Made by a program: the position numbers and the translations under genes. Below the pieces are notes generated by a model. The model was not told the DNA's origin, did not search any database, and saw only the letters and a program-made list of their open reading frames with translations. Of a stretch of 64,000 bases of DNA, positions 1-13,168 are shown piece after piece (the first letter of the stretch is position 1; every line of letters begins with the position of its first letter). The DNA is from Blasia pusilla. Its lineage: Eukaryota. Location of the stretch: assembly GCA_050084515.1 (NCBI GenBank), contig CM114271.1, forward strand, positions 34,162,001 to 34,226,000, read 5' to 3'.

Positions 1-1899
1 CTTCCCAGAGAATGTCTCGGAGGAAGAGGGTATTCGCGATACGTTACCGGCATTTTAGTTTCCGAACTATATTATTAATATTTTCAGTTGTTTCTATTGA
101 ATTATGTCCTTATGAAATCTACTTGGATGTAGCCATATTTCATCCATCCACGGACATCTTGGGAAAGGAGAGAGACCTGATGACCACTTTGGTAGAGGGG
201 AGGGTTTAGGGTACTATACATGTACCAAAAATTAAATGAGAGCTACATGGGTAAATTAGTCCTCCTAAGTCCCTGGTTTAATGATCATAGGTATCACGTA
301 AAGGAATGGGTTGGGGGCAAATCAGTCATGCGAAATCCATGGTTTAATGATGATAGATCTCACTTAAGCAATGGGTTGGAAATATTTATGAAAGCAAAAT
401 AGTTATGGTGATGCATAAGGAGGCGTTAAAGGTTGAGACTCCCATATCTTACTAGTGTGATCTTATACGGTAGTAGTTGTATGATCAGCCTTTACTTTTA
501 AGGTGTGCTTCTAAGTAGTCGGTAGTTGAGTGGGAATATTCATGATTTTAGGGTTAGGGCATGTTTCCCATCGCTTTAAAGGGGTATTTTTCTCATATCT
601 TTAAGGGAGCGTATGGTATAGAGATAGGGGGCATTTAAGGTGAAGTTTAAAGAGTTGTTATTTCAAGAAAAAAATGGATGTTTGTCCCGTTTTCATCATC
701 TCTTTCCAAATATTTTAGAGAGTTCTAACGTGAGCATTCATTTCCAAAACCGCACGGGCATGAGTTTTTTTATCCTTCCGTCACTTGTTTCATCCATAAC
801 CGCATGGGCATGAGTTTAAGGGGCTCTAGTCACTTCATATATTTCTGCTAAGAAACATCTGAAGTGATGAAGAAATTTATGCGACCCCTTTTTGCATTCA
901 AATAGTTTCCAAATCCTAACCTTTAAATATAGTTCATGTCAAATTTGTGCCACCGTATGCTCTCTCCTCCTCTAACCCTACCTACCTTTAAGGAATGTTT
1001 TAGTGACCTTCATATATATTGCTTGGAGGCTGCTCTTATAATGGACACTAGTTAGGAAAACTAGTTCGGAGCTGCAAGGGATCGTGAGATGCATGGCACG
1101 ATGATTAATAAATTCACTCTCTTTACCAATTATCAGACCCTGTTAAGATGAAAATTTTATTTTTGAGAGAATTTTAGTGACAAGTGTCAAATAGAGGAGC
1201 AGCTTAAAAAACTGCATCCACCAATTAATATATAGATACACTGTCACACTCAACTTTTGAAACATCGCGGAAATGTTCATTGTTTGAAGCATAAGAGGAC
1301 TAAAAAAATTGTGGTGGAGCTTGTTAAATAACGTTGTGGTTACATAGCTACAACCTTTACAGTAATTTTGACAAGATAAGCTAGTTTCACATGAAAAAAA
1401 GGTCTTTCAAAACTGCAATAAGAGAAAAAAAAAACCCCTAAAATGGAAAGTTCTCATACGGTGCGGTGTAATTAGTTTAAGTCAGATGTATCTTCTCACA
1501 CAAGAAATAGGGATCCTTTCACCCCCACTTTCAAAAGGCTGAGATTTTCGATAAAAATCTGGCCACAATAAAGAGCGCAGATTCCTTTTTCTCGTTCTGA
1601 TTCCCGAACGTAGCGAGTGAGCATACTTTATTGACTGGGAACCATAATTGTGGAATAGTCAACAATGGGGCAATAAGAAGTGCATCGTCGTCCCCCCACC
1701 CCAACGATCTTTCGAGCAATGGGGCAACGGAGCAGCGATTTTGGGCGGGGATGGCGAGAGGCATGGACGGGGACGGCGGGAGGAAGGACGGAGGGCGTAG
1801 GGGACGAAAAGAGATGTGCTACATGTCGAAACGGAGAGCGTGACGAGAGCTTCGTTTTGATCCGGACCTTGCTGCATGGCGTGAAGTATTTTTATTTTT

Positions 1900-4800
1900 A
1901 TTCATCTTTTTAGAATTCGGTTCATATTAGGGTTCCAAATGTGAATATTAGGGCTTAGCTTATTGTCATTTGGAGAAATTTCCCAAGGTAACGTCCTCTA
2001 TTCACCCACCCTTCCCCTCCTTTCCCAAGTCCTTTCTTGTTTGTCGTATTTGTCGTATGTGCTTCTCATTTTGGTTCGATTCTCGTTTGTATTTGTTACC
2101 CTTCCCGTACATACACTTTTCTTCTCATCTATTTTATCTCGAAGGGCCCATGATCTTTTCACACTCTTAGCAACTCTACGTATTCATGAGTTTATTTTTG
2201 GGAGGGGGTTGGGACTAGAAGTCCTAGGTGATGTCGGTAGGTGAGAGTTTATGTTAGAGGGAGCATTACCGTGGGACGGAAGAGAGTGGTTTGCCGGGAC
2301 CGCTCGTTCGAATGGGGATGACAGGATCAAGTATTGACGGGGATTGTCGCATGCGATTTTATTGGAGGGGCCATGTCCTCTTCTTGGTGAGTTGCATCCA
2401 TGCCTCGACCGCATCGGCTCCCCGTGTGGGGACCCGTGGGTCGTCTAGTCGGGATACTAAATGCCCATGTTGTCCCGAATTCTTCACTCGTTCAGAATTC
2501 GGAACCACTTAGCGGCTAAACATCCCGACTTTGATAGATTTGGATGGGTGGTCCCTCCTGCCGACCATGGATGCTCTCGGTGCTTCCCGCATCATCGCCC
2601 CCTCCCGAGGCATGGGAGTGGTTGAGGTCCCACCAGGCAGCATTATAGGTCTCTTCGAGACCCGTTTTCCCTGCCGAGGTTGTTTCATAGGATCCCCATG
2701 CTATTCGGGGACGACCTCCGCCACGCATTCCTCCTTCCCCTCGCTAGGATCGCCCTTGATCCTATGGATGAGCTCTCGTGGTACCTACTACTTCTCCTTC
2801 CACGATGGTGTCTTCGTTACACTCGGGAGGAAGGCCGGTCATAGAGAGGTTATAGCACGTCCGAGACGCTTTCGAGGAGGTGATTGGGAGTCTCTGCAGA
2901 GTGAGTTTGTGGCATTCGCGAGGTAGTAGTTCACCTGGTTTCCGGCGGACGATCCTGGAGCAGCCAGGTTGCGGCGATGTAGGACATCGGGCGAGCTCGT
3001 GAGTACTCACGAGCTGCACGTGCTCTTCGCCCGATGGACATGGCTCCTTCTTCAGCTGTTACCATCGATGCCCTCCGGAGGCTACATCCTCGTCCATCGG
3101 TTGACATTCCAGCTTTTGCACGTGACTTCCACCCTGACACGGCTATATGCCTTGACCCGTCCCTCTTTACGGGCACTTTGGACGTTCTCGAGGATTGCGG
3201 CCGGAGGTTTGTATGCGGTATGATGTACGAACACCTTCATGATTGCTTTCCTTCCGAGGACACCGCTAGCGGCTTCTCCGAAGTTGCTTCAGGTTGCCTC
3301 TCACCTAGCTCGTGGGAGAGTGCCACAACAATGGCCCAAGTATTAGGGGCGGGGCGACTTTTGGCGTTGTCAAAGGGGGGTGGTGGTATCCGTCCGATTG
3401 CCATAGGTGAGGTGCTCTTGCGGTTGGTGAGTCGTACTCTCGCTTTGCAATTCCGTGAGGCTTTCAAATCCACATCGAGTCCGCATCGTTTGGAGTTGCC
3501 ACGCCCGGCCGGATGTGAGACGGTTGCCTTAGGTTTGAGGGCTTGTCTAGATGTACATCCAGAGTGGGTGGTTCTCCAAGTGGACGTGGAGAACGCCTTC
3601 AACTCAATATCTCGGGCTACTATATTCACAGAGTTGAGGGACGCGGGTGGCCCCATGGCGAGCCTCATTCCCTTTGTGCAGGCTTTCTATGGGGCCCCTT
3701 CGGCCCTCTATTTCCACCATGGTCGATTCGAGGAGGAGGTCACGGTCTTGGAGTCCGCCACGGGACTCGTCGGGGTGACCCCTCTGGGTGGCGCGTTGTT
3801 TGTTGTGGCTCATTACCGAGCGGTTCTTTCTACGGTGGAGGCTTTCCCGGGTTGCATGTTCCCTTCGCTGGCAGATGATACTCATATTGTTGGTCCTGGA
3901 GATCTGGTTGTCCCTGCATTCGAGCACTTTTCAGCACAGTTGGCACGTGTCGGCCTGGCGGTGAAGGTGGGGAAGTGCAAGGCTTGGTCTCCATCAGGCC
4001 TACGTGATGATCTACATTTACCGGACGGCTTCTTGCGACCTGTCGGAGGGCTTCGAGTCTTGGGAGTACCGCTCGGGAGCCAGGACTTTGTATCGACTTT
4101 CGTGGCAGCGGCTCTTACCGAGGATCTTCTCCACGTTGATGATCTTACGAGGATTGGTGACCCTCAAGTCGCCTTCGGCATTCTCTCTTCTTGTTTTGCT
4201 CGTAGACCTGGTTACCTCACTAGAATGCCTCGGACATCTAGTCACCTTTCTTCCCTATATAGATCCTTTGATAGGAAGCTCATGCAGGTGTTTGGGGATC
4301 TTCTAGGACCCGGCTCCTTAGAGTGCCCCATGGGGGATTAAGTTCTTAGACAGGCCTCTTGGCCGATTTCTTTTGGTGGAGTAGGTCTTCTCTCGACCGA
4401 GTTAGTGGCGCCCTCCGCTTTTTTAGGGAGTTGGGCCATAGTGGCACCCCTCCTTTGCTCCCGATTTTTGGTTAGAGATAGACCGCTCCTTCTACACTAC
4501 GTCTCCCAGGTCGAGGATGGCTCTTTCCCACTTCAGTCTTCACTCACAGCTTGTAGAGATTCCCTTCGAGTTGAGGCCAGAGCCGTTCTCCCCACTTTCT
4601 CCTCCTTAGTTACCTCCGGTCAGTCTGGGCTCCAATCTTCCTTGATGGAAGCCCACTTTGAGGCAGTTTTTAGAGGCACTATGTCCGGACGGGAATATCC
4701 CCATGGAGGTTAGGGCCCGATTCGCTCTTGCTCCGGAAAGGGGGCAGGCTCATGGGTAGGGCGCCCCTTCTCCAGGCTTTCCGTATCGCACCACTTACCT

Positions 4801-5600
4801 ATACCACAGCGATGCGGTTCCGCTTGGGCCTCCCCCAACCATCGGTGGTTGGTTCGACACACTGCGAGTGTCGCCGGAGCCTGGATCCACTTGGTGTGCA
4901 TTTGGCACGCTGTCCAGTTGGGGGTGAGAGGATAGCCACTCATGATGCAAAGGCGGGATATCATGTTCGATTGCTCGGGAGAGTGGCTTCCATGTGTGAG
5001 AGAGAGGCACTACTCCATGCGGGATTCCCTCATTCGTGCCGATCTCTACATGACACGTGAGGCCGAGGTGGTTGTGGCGGACGTGGTAGTCGAGATCCTC
5101 ACGCGGGAGGCAATGCGAGCCCAAGTGGTGGCCCAAGGGCGAATGCAAGGAGCAGCGGCGGCGGCGAAGAAGACACATATCTACTGATCGACTACACGAG
5201 GACACATCTTCATCCCCCGGCCATAGAGATGTATGGGGCTATGGGGGGAGAGGTTCGACTCGTTCTTACGGATGCGCCCATCATCTCCACTCGAGAAATG
5301 GGTTGTCCTTAGCTCTGCGATTCTCAGACAGGCGCTGGTCTCCATAGCGTTGCAAAGCGTGCCCAAGCTAATGGGATTTTTGCGGCGGGCTCAGTGGGAG
5401 ACGCCGGCGCTAGAGGCCCACTTAGTAGTAGTCATAGCTCTCTTGTTGTTGCTGATATTGTCTCTGCTGTTGGTGAGTTTCGTCGTTAGGGGGGGGAATG
5501 CCCCCTTCTTCCTTTTCTGGTCGTGTTGTGGCCTTCAGGTTTTGACTTTTTGAGTCCCCCTCTTTTGTACTTCCGATGGGTTTTCCATCACTCGTTTTTA
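1900..5600 (+). mobile_element. Non-LTR retrotransposon, RLE-type, CRE-like clade; decayed (frameshifts and stops); boundaries approximate
   Basis: Frameshifted C2H2 finger near 2460-2525 (CPCCPEFF...NHLAAKH). RT ORF 3034-4341 has GIRPIAIGEVLLRLV, LQVDVENAFNS, SLADDTHIVG and GLRVLGVPLG. CCHC knuckle CECRRSLDPLGVHLARC at ~4860-4915. RLE endonuclease motifs RADL..VVADV..AAAAKKTHIY. T-rich 3' end at ~5550-5600. Confidence 0.85.
3034..4341 (+). pseudogene. Reverse transcriptase domain of the CRE-like LINE (longest open fragment of a disrupted ORF)
   Basis: 435-aa ORF with non-LTR RT motifs; homology continues in other frames both upstream and downstream. Confidence 0.85.
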
Positions 5601-8600
5601 TCGAAGTGCATCTTTGTTTCCTTTCAATTACTTATTCTAATAACCCACGTTCCGAGTATTTATTTATTATGAGAGTTATGATATCCTTACTTAATCCCTA
5701 AAAGCATGGGCATTTTCTTGTCTTAGGAATAGTAGAGGAATCCTCTAGCTTCGTACAAGATCCAACCCTAGAAATAAAAAATTGGCTGCTCACATTCTGC
5801 AGTACTATCTCAAGGTTAGTTTTATGATTTCTTTTGAAATTGGCTTACATATTGAAAAACTCTGCCGTTGAGAGTTTAAGGAGCTCTAGTCACTTCGTAC
5901 TCATTTCATAACATACACTACTTTCGAATCCTCCCATTCACTCTCTCCCCAACAGTGATATTTTAAGCTTTGTGCAACTATCTACCTACTAATTTTGCAT
6001 TCATCCAATATACCTAGGTAAGAAATAGAACCAAGTTTTTTCATTTGCTAATAAAACAATGAAAAAATATTCTTACAAGTTTTAATAATCGGATTATACA
6101 TTACAAAACTTTAATATTAAAGTTAAGACACAAAGATGTCGTGAATCTTCTCCTAATAAATTCTCATCATTTCATTTGAATAAGCATGCTTAATTGCTAC
6201 ACCGTGAATGTTAAATCTTACTTAGTGATAAATGAAAAAATTACGTCTCGATCAGTTATAATAGCCTAATCATTACACTAATCTCCTTCAAGTTCGTTCA
6301 TGAGTAGTATCAAATAATTGCACCACACCTCACATAGCCTTTATACATAATATCGCCACCAAATCACAAACGATAAATAAAAAGGAAGCACGAGATTAAT
6401 TTTGGTTTAAAATCGAGCACGGTGATTGAAGCATTAAGATAATTTTTTCCAAATGTACTCACATCCTGGGCCTTCTTCAGTAAATTAATAATGGAGAAAG
6501 GCCTCCTCTCCTCTCCATTTAGCATTTAAGGAAATGGATTAATTAATCAAAAGCAGATAATAACCACTTTGGAAGTTTCTCTTCTAAAACGTTTAGTTAC
6601 TTTAGTACCCTGTAACTCTTACTCCTTGAACTGCCCTTCGCTTCGTACTGGATGGAAGTGGAGGTACCGACGTACTTACTTCCGTCGTGCACGACTTTCA
6701 TAGAGTGCCACATGATTTACGCTACACTGACTGACTGCGCAATCTTTTCGAATTCGTGGTGGAGCGCTGGAAAGATGCTTAAGGCTGTAACCGCCAATTC
6801 TTGCTTACTAATCGTATCCCGATGCGTTAATACGTCTTGATGATTGCCACATGATTAGCTCACTTGCTAAGTCACTGTAGTTAGACAAAGTTAGTTAGTC
6901 AAGTCAGTCAGTCCGTCAGTTAGTTACTACGCTTCCATCCATTTATGTATGAGTGTGGGTGTATGTATGTATGAATGATCGGCGTTGGTCCTTATCACCC
7001 CTCGCGAATTGTATTTTGACTCGGCCAATATTAATGTTGTTAACTGACGGACGGATTATTGTGGTGTCCACCGGAAAAGAAGCACGTCAAGCACGGTGGG
7101 TAGGCTCAAATAGGGCGTTTCATAATGCGGGGCGAAGGTCTCACGACGTCTTGATATTGATCTTAAGTAGAATATGAACGATTTACCATTGCATCCAAAT
7201 ACATTTAATTTTGCTACGTGCCGTATGAAATACACTTCGCAACCTAAATAGACGAGAAAATGGATTAGACGTACGGTTGTAAAAGGTGCGAGTCCACCTC
7301 CTTCGGCACTCCGCATACAACCGGACATAAATCGAAAAAAAAAATATGGATCTTATGTCTAGTGCTACGGCCTACAACTTGAGATCCCCTGACGTCGCCA
7401 ACGGTGTTTTCTGTAAACCTTTCCTATGTTTATTGGGCACGTCCCTTGGGCCAGTGCCAAGCACATATGTGCTCACTAGTCTTGGACATAGACAAATTAC
7501 TGACACCTATTTAAAAGATGTAAAAAATCCTTCACGTAATTATATAAATCAAGTTAGAAATTATGCAACATGAACTTAATCGGACGGACTAGAGGAATTG
7601 AAAATGGTTGGTTAGATGATTTATGGGTCGGCGTCCTTAAGTTTTCATAAGGGTTTCTGGATTTCTTCCGCCAAAACTTTTGGGGGGCAAGAGGTGGGCT
7701 CGTCCTCACGCCCTCCCAAATCTATTGAGAGGAAGTGAGTATGGATTGAAATACTACGTGTTCTGATGGACAATCAGTTTGTGGTTTTGGAAATAGATAA
7801 TCTGGAAGTGGTTGAAAAGTCGTCGGCGGTGTAATATCGGCTAGTGTTTCCAACCGGTAGTCTTCTTCTTGGGATCATGTGCATCCCAAGAAGTTTTCCA
7901 TAGGACCCAGCTCTAAGGGGAAGCCAAAGTACTTAGCCCCATGAGTTGTTGTCTCCCAATAGCCCGTAAAGTTTGTGGTTTGTTAGGAGGGGAGTTGGGA
8001 GTTTCTGTTGGCCGCCATATTCCATTGGTGTAGGTCTTGCTCTCATAACTCTTTTCTATGGGACAAGATCCAAAGAGAGGTATCTTACGAGAGTAACAAT
8101 GATTTGTTGTAACCCATAGAAAGGGGGATTATCTTCTTTCAAACATATTAATTTCACTTTATCACTTCCCAATAGAAGAATGTGAATAGAAACTAAAAGT
8201 GGGGAGTGGTCTGGCACCAAAACTAGACATGACATGCGGAATGATTTTTCTAGCATGATGGCATGCTAGAAGATAGACCAATATGAGGGGTCCGAATCCA
8301 TTTGGGATTAGTGGTAAAACCGTAAAGGTGGTTATTTTATATTACAAATGCAAATCACATTACTTCAGTTTTTGTTCATCATAGCTTTGAGCCTTCCCTA
8401 AATACCCAAAGGGAAGACACAGAAACTTTGGATTTGGAAATTCTTCAATCCTTATAAATATGTCAAATTTATCTTTCATTTCACATTCATAGTTTCAAAT
8501 TTTTTATTCAATTTTTAAAAAATTTAAAGAATTCGATCATCATGTCTTATTTTCATCTCTTTCCATGCAATCCATGAGGATTTCATATCTAGTTAAAACT

Positions 8601-11600
8601 TGTATATGTATTATGCGGTTATATAATGACAAGCCTCGGGAGTTTATCTTTCATCAAATTATATGGTAATGGAGTGGAAATATGGTTGCTTCCTCTCCTA
8701 GTCTATTTTGAGATTCAAAGGAAAAAAATTAGTCCCACAATCCTAATCTATGCCAATGTAAAACTTACCATTAAGATTTTTTTTCCTATGACTTGCCATA
8801 TGAAAATGATCACTACAAGGTTTTTGAAAAAATAAAATTAGTTAGCATGTGTTGGTAGATCAAGATGATCATAGGGAGTTGGAAAAAGTGGGTTTATTTC
8901 TTACCTTATGAAGGTAAGTTAATGATGTATCCACTTTAGTTTTCTCATAATTTTCATTCCTCCTTTATAGTGTCTTTGTAGATTTGGCACTAGTGTACCT
9001 AAAAGTTGTTGCTCAACTTTTACATTAGTACAAAGAGATATTTCTATTCTTTTCTTGTCTACATGGAAAAGTGAGGGCTTAGGGGACCATGTGGCATTAT
9101 AATGACAATTTTTTTGTAATGATTGCATCCTAGATTCCTAGGGAACTATTGTTTTCAAATTTAGTTACAAGGTTCCAAATTAATCACTTATGATGTTTTT
9201 AATGAATTTTTTTCCAATTGAGTAAAAATGGTTTGTCCAATGGCATTCATCCATTCTCATCACTAGATCTCCCATAATGCAACATACAAGTATTTGGGAC
9301 AAACTATTTTTTAATGAAAAGTTTGACAAGTACAAGAATATGATGGATAGCACATCATGTCTCTTTTTCTTCTTTTTTTTGGTTCAAAGCCTTAGTTTTT
9401 TTAGAGTTAATTATAAAACATCTAATATGCTACTAAAAGAAGATTTTTTTTAAAATTTTTCAATCCAAAGAATGGCTTACACATCTTTTCACGTAAGTGG
9501 AAAAGAATTGAATCAAAGGAGAATTGGATTTTAGAACGTAGATACCCTTTTCATACATGAGAAACCTTTAGGTGTCTATAAAGATATTTGGAATAAGCAC
9601 AATGCCTAGCGTAACGATATGCTAGAGACAAAAACTTCAAGCATATGCAAAACATGATGTTATTATTTCTCCTCCCACTGGGGGATTCCACATCCCTCGA
9701 AGGAAAGGGATAAGGATAAGGGATAAGTTTCTTTCCCCCAACCAACCATCCATGATAGATGATATCATCTCATCCCACACAATCAAGTAAAAAATATTTA
9801 TGTTGAGATTGCAATCGCCAATTGATCCTTGAATGGTTCCCATGATAAGAAAATGGTGTGAGGAGATGGCTGATGGATATTGTACCTTTCTTAGATTTGG
9901 TGGAAACCATTTTCAAAGTTGGAAATTAGTTTTTGGTATGAAGGATGTACTCTTTCATATGAATCATAATGTTTATTTTCAAAATCAATGCATCAATTTT
10001 AAACAATGTTTCATCCTCAGCAAACTCACTTTCTTCCAAATGACTTTGAATAGAAAGTACAAACAATTTGGGATAGCAAGTACCAACAAAGATCTGAATT
10101 CCAAATTCTGATAAGACACACAACACTACTTCGACTTTAGATGCAACAATAGATTACCTTTGGCGCTCATAATAGAGAGGGTAAGTAAGTAGATCTTTTC
10201 TATCTAATAATGAAAAGGCAATATTAATAAAGGCTATTGAGCGGTTATGGAAATTTCCTCACGGAGAATTATCACAGGGATATTCAAGTTTAGCGAGCGA
10301 GTGAGTGCATGGCCGTAGGAGACCCCGCACAGTCATTCATGCATGCATGCATATAACCGCATATATATCATGGTTAGCATGCATGCGTCTTGACATGAGC
10401 AACAAAGCCCCTCCTTTCTTTATGGCGGAGATGTCAAAGTGGCTAAAATCGGGAGTCGGGACTTGGGGTTGCCGATGCACTGCATCATCATCATCATCAT
10501 GTCAGTCTGCTCCACCTGGAAGTTTCAAGAGGGAGCCTTCCTTAGTTCCCCCCATTTGGTCGATGACTTGCAAGGGGTGTCTTGATGAGAAGAGCCAAAT
10601 GCGTTTGCCATAAGTTTGACCGTTTTTCGAATCAGCTGGGAAATTCAAACTGGACTCTGGAGGCGTTTTCTTTGTCAATTGCGACTCGCTTTCTGCGCAG
10701 ATCGGCCGCAGGGGAGCACTGCAGCGGGCAGGCTTCTCCGAAAGTGAATAGTCTTCGATTGCGGTCGCTTACTTGAATCTGGAGGAGTGAGTTTCTTGCA
10801 GAGTGAGGAAGTCTGACCTGACCGTGAATAGTGGCGGTCGTAGGGGTCGTAGCGGTGGGGGTAGCACGAGAAAGGAATTGTAATTAATGTCGAAAGCTGA
10901 ACTAGAGCATTGTGAGCACCCGAACCAAATTCCGGATCCTTTGCCAAACGAGGCAGGATTGAGTCGGAGCTGCTTCTGGCGTACACGAAGCACTTCAAAT
11001 CGCCGCACTCGGTTTGTTGCCACATCGAGCCATTCGCAGCAGAGTTGTTGCTACGATCATCCCTCCGTCGCTGTCCACGCACCCCAAATCTTTCTCTCTC
11101 TCTCTCTTCAAATATGTGGTACCCGCTTGCCCATACTCTGTGCGATACGCGCTCTCACTACATATGAGCGTCTTTTTCTCCCTCATATTGTAATTTCTTT
11201 TCTTCACATCTTCTTTCCCAGTATCCGGCACGGTCCAAAGGAGGATTTATGGTCGCGATTCGCGAGACGACGGGTTTATGGCAGTAATAAATGTCTGTCT
11301 TCAAATCAATTCTCTGCTTTCCGGGGCGTTCGTTCTCTTCAAATCCTCTCGCCTTCCCGATGCCAAATCCTTTCTCGCCTCTCCGATGCGTCCTCACCGA
11401 AACGCATAGACAGCAGGCAGACGCACGCGCAAGGCAGGTGATCGATGCTTTACGCGGTCAGTTCACCAGAGCTGATGCGTTCCTGCGAATCGCAGATCTG
11501 GAGCTCTCCTTCGGGATGAAGACGAAGCGAGAAGAAATAGAAGTGACGGACGGATGTGTTCTGATCTCATTCAAACTGTTGTGTCTGCAACACAACGCAC

Positions 11601-13168
11601 ATGAGCCAGGAAGAAACCGACTCTTCGCCAAACGGTCTTGTTCTTATGACGACCGGTGAAGTACGCGCGCTGCGTCAGCTTCCCTGACAACGGCAGGGCG
11701 TGAGGACCGACTCTGATGAGCTTCTCTCTTTCCGAGGAGGTCGTAGCGCTTGGTAGTGTGTGTGGTCTGGAGCATGCAGATCTCCTTCCATACCAGACGG
11801 GATTGGTCAAGAGCTCCTTCTGCAATCTGTAGAGAGCCCTACGAGTGAGGAGCATTCAAATTCTTCGCACTTCTCTCTAAATCTACCGTCACCCATACAT
11901 ACTTCCTCGGTACAACGAGCGCGACTACAGTACCCGAAAGACGCTCTCATCCGTTTTCTGACCGACTCGACCACACAAATCGGGATTTACCGGACTCGAG
12001 CGCGCTCCTCATCCGTGCTTCTGACTTGACCTTACTTTTGGAAGCTCTTCAGACTGACGTGAGATGGGATTGGAGGGCAGGGGGAGGTCAGCAATGCAAC
12101 GACTACGACGATGATCGCGAGCACGAGCGAAGAAATGGGCAAGTTCGGCAGCTGGCCCGGTAGAATCCCGGCAAGACTGGATGAGAGGGAGTTAGTTCCT
12201 CAAGTTCATGATACACGCACGAGTGAGAATCATACGTTTGGGCCGGCTGGGTGATGCACGGACAGGTAGGTCGTCGACAAGAAAGCGCAAGCACAGTGTC
12301 GATCTCGATAGCTACCCCGAAAAAGCTTTGGTTTGGCAGCACGTCGGCAAACATCTGCTTGGATTGAATGGATCGGGAGGGTAGGGTTCAAAATTAGTTC
12401 CACTATAGCCTCGCTCCCTCAGGCGGCTGTCGTACATAACGGCCATGACGCCACAAAGCACGCCATCTTCCGATGGGAATGAATAGCATGTCTTGCAACG
12501 AGTGAGACAAAACGAGGAATAGAGTTCAAATCAGTTTCAGGACCGCAAGCCACCGCACACGGGGAAGGTGACTGAATCCCTAAGCTCATGGAGCACCGGG
12601 CCGATTTCACGGTCTGTGGAAACCAATGATTAGTATTAGTTGAACAGTGGATGATGGATGGCAGGGCAGGGGCAGGAAGAACGACCTCAAGCAGTGCTGC
12701 TCAAGCAGCACTGCTCCTGCACAGGTAGCAACAAACGAGGTCGCTTCGGCGGAGGTGTGACAGAAACCGTTCATCACCTCATCGGGTACCGAAAGGATAA
12801 GACGAGATAGAATGCGTGCCAGCCGTTGAGGTGGTTGTCGCACACAACAGAGGGAAAAGAAATGAAATGAACGTGACTTGGTGAGATTCGAATCGAGCAA
12901 GCAAACCCGCTCAGGAACACATGAAACATTGCGAGCTCAGAGAGTCGGACAGATGTTTGTATGCCCCGTGTTTGGCAAATCAAAGGTTTTGCCGGCATAT
13001 TAAGTTGCTTGTTCTTAGTAAAGAATCGTGATAATACAATGAATCCTGCACAAATATACACGACAGTCGTAAAGCAAAGCCTTTCGGTCCAAGACGGCTC
13101 GCTCCGAAACTATATCCTCCTTCTCGTATATCGTCGATTGCTCACTACCGCTACCGCCCTTGTCTAGA

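Noticed and set aside
200-1960. Scattered TTAGGG/TTTAGGG motifs (~205, ~547, ~1927, ~1948) suggesting telomeric repeats or a telomere-targeting LINE
   Set aside because: Only isolated or double units with no array; compatible with chance.
6649-6941. Possible miRNA-like fold-back (TGGATGGAAG / CTTCCATCCA)
   Set aside because: Only 10 perfect pairs about 270 nt apart, and no known mature miRNA was recognised.
7434-7480. Hairpin followed by CTAG|T resembling a Helitron 3' end
   Set aside because: Spacing is atypical and no 5' end or RepHel sequence was found.
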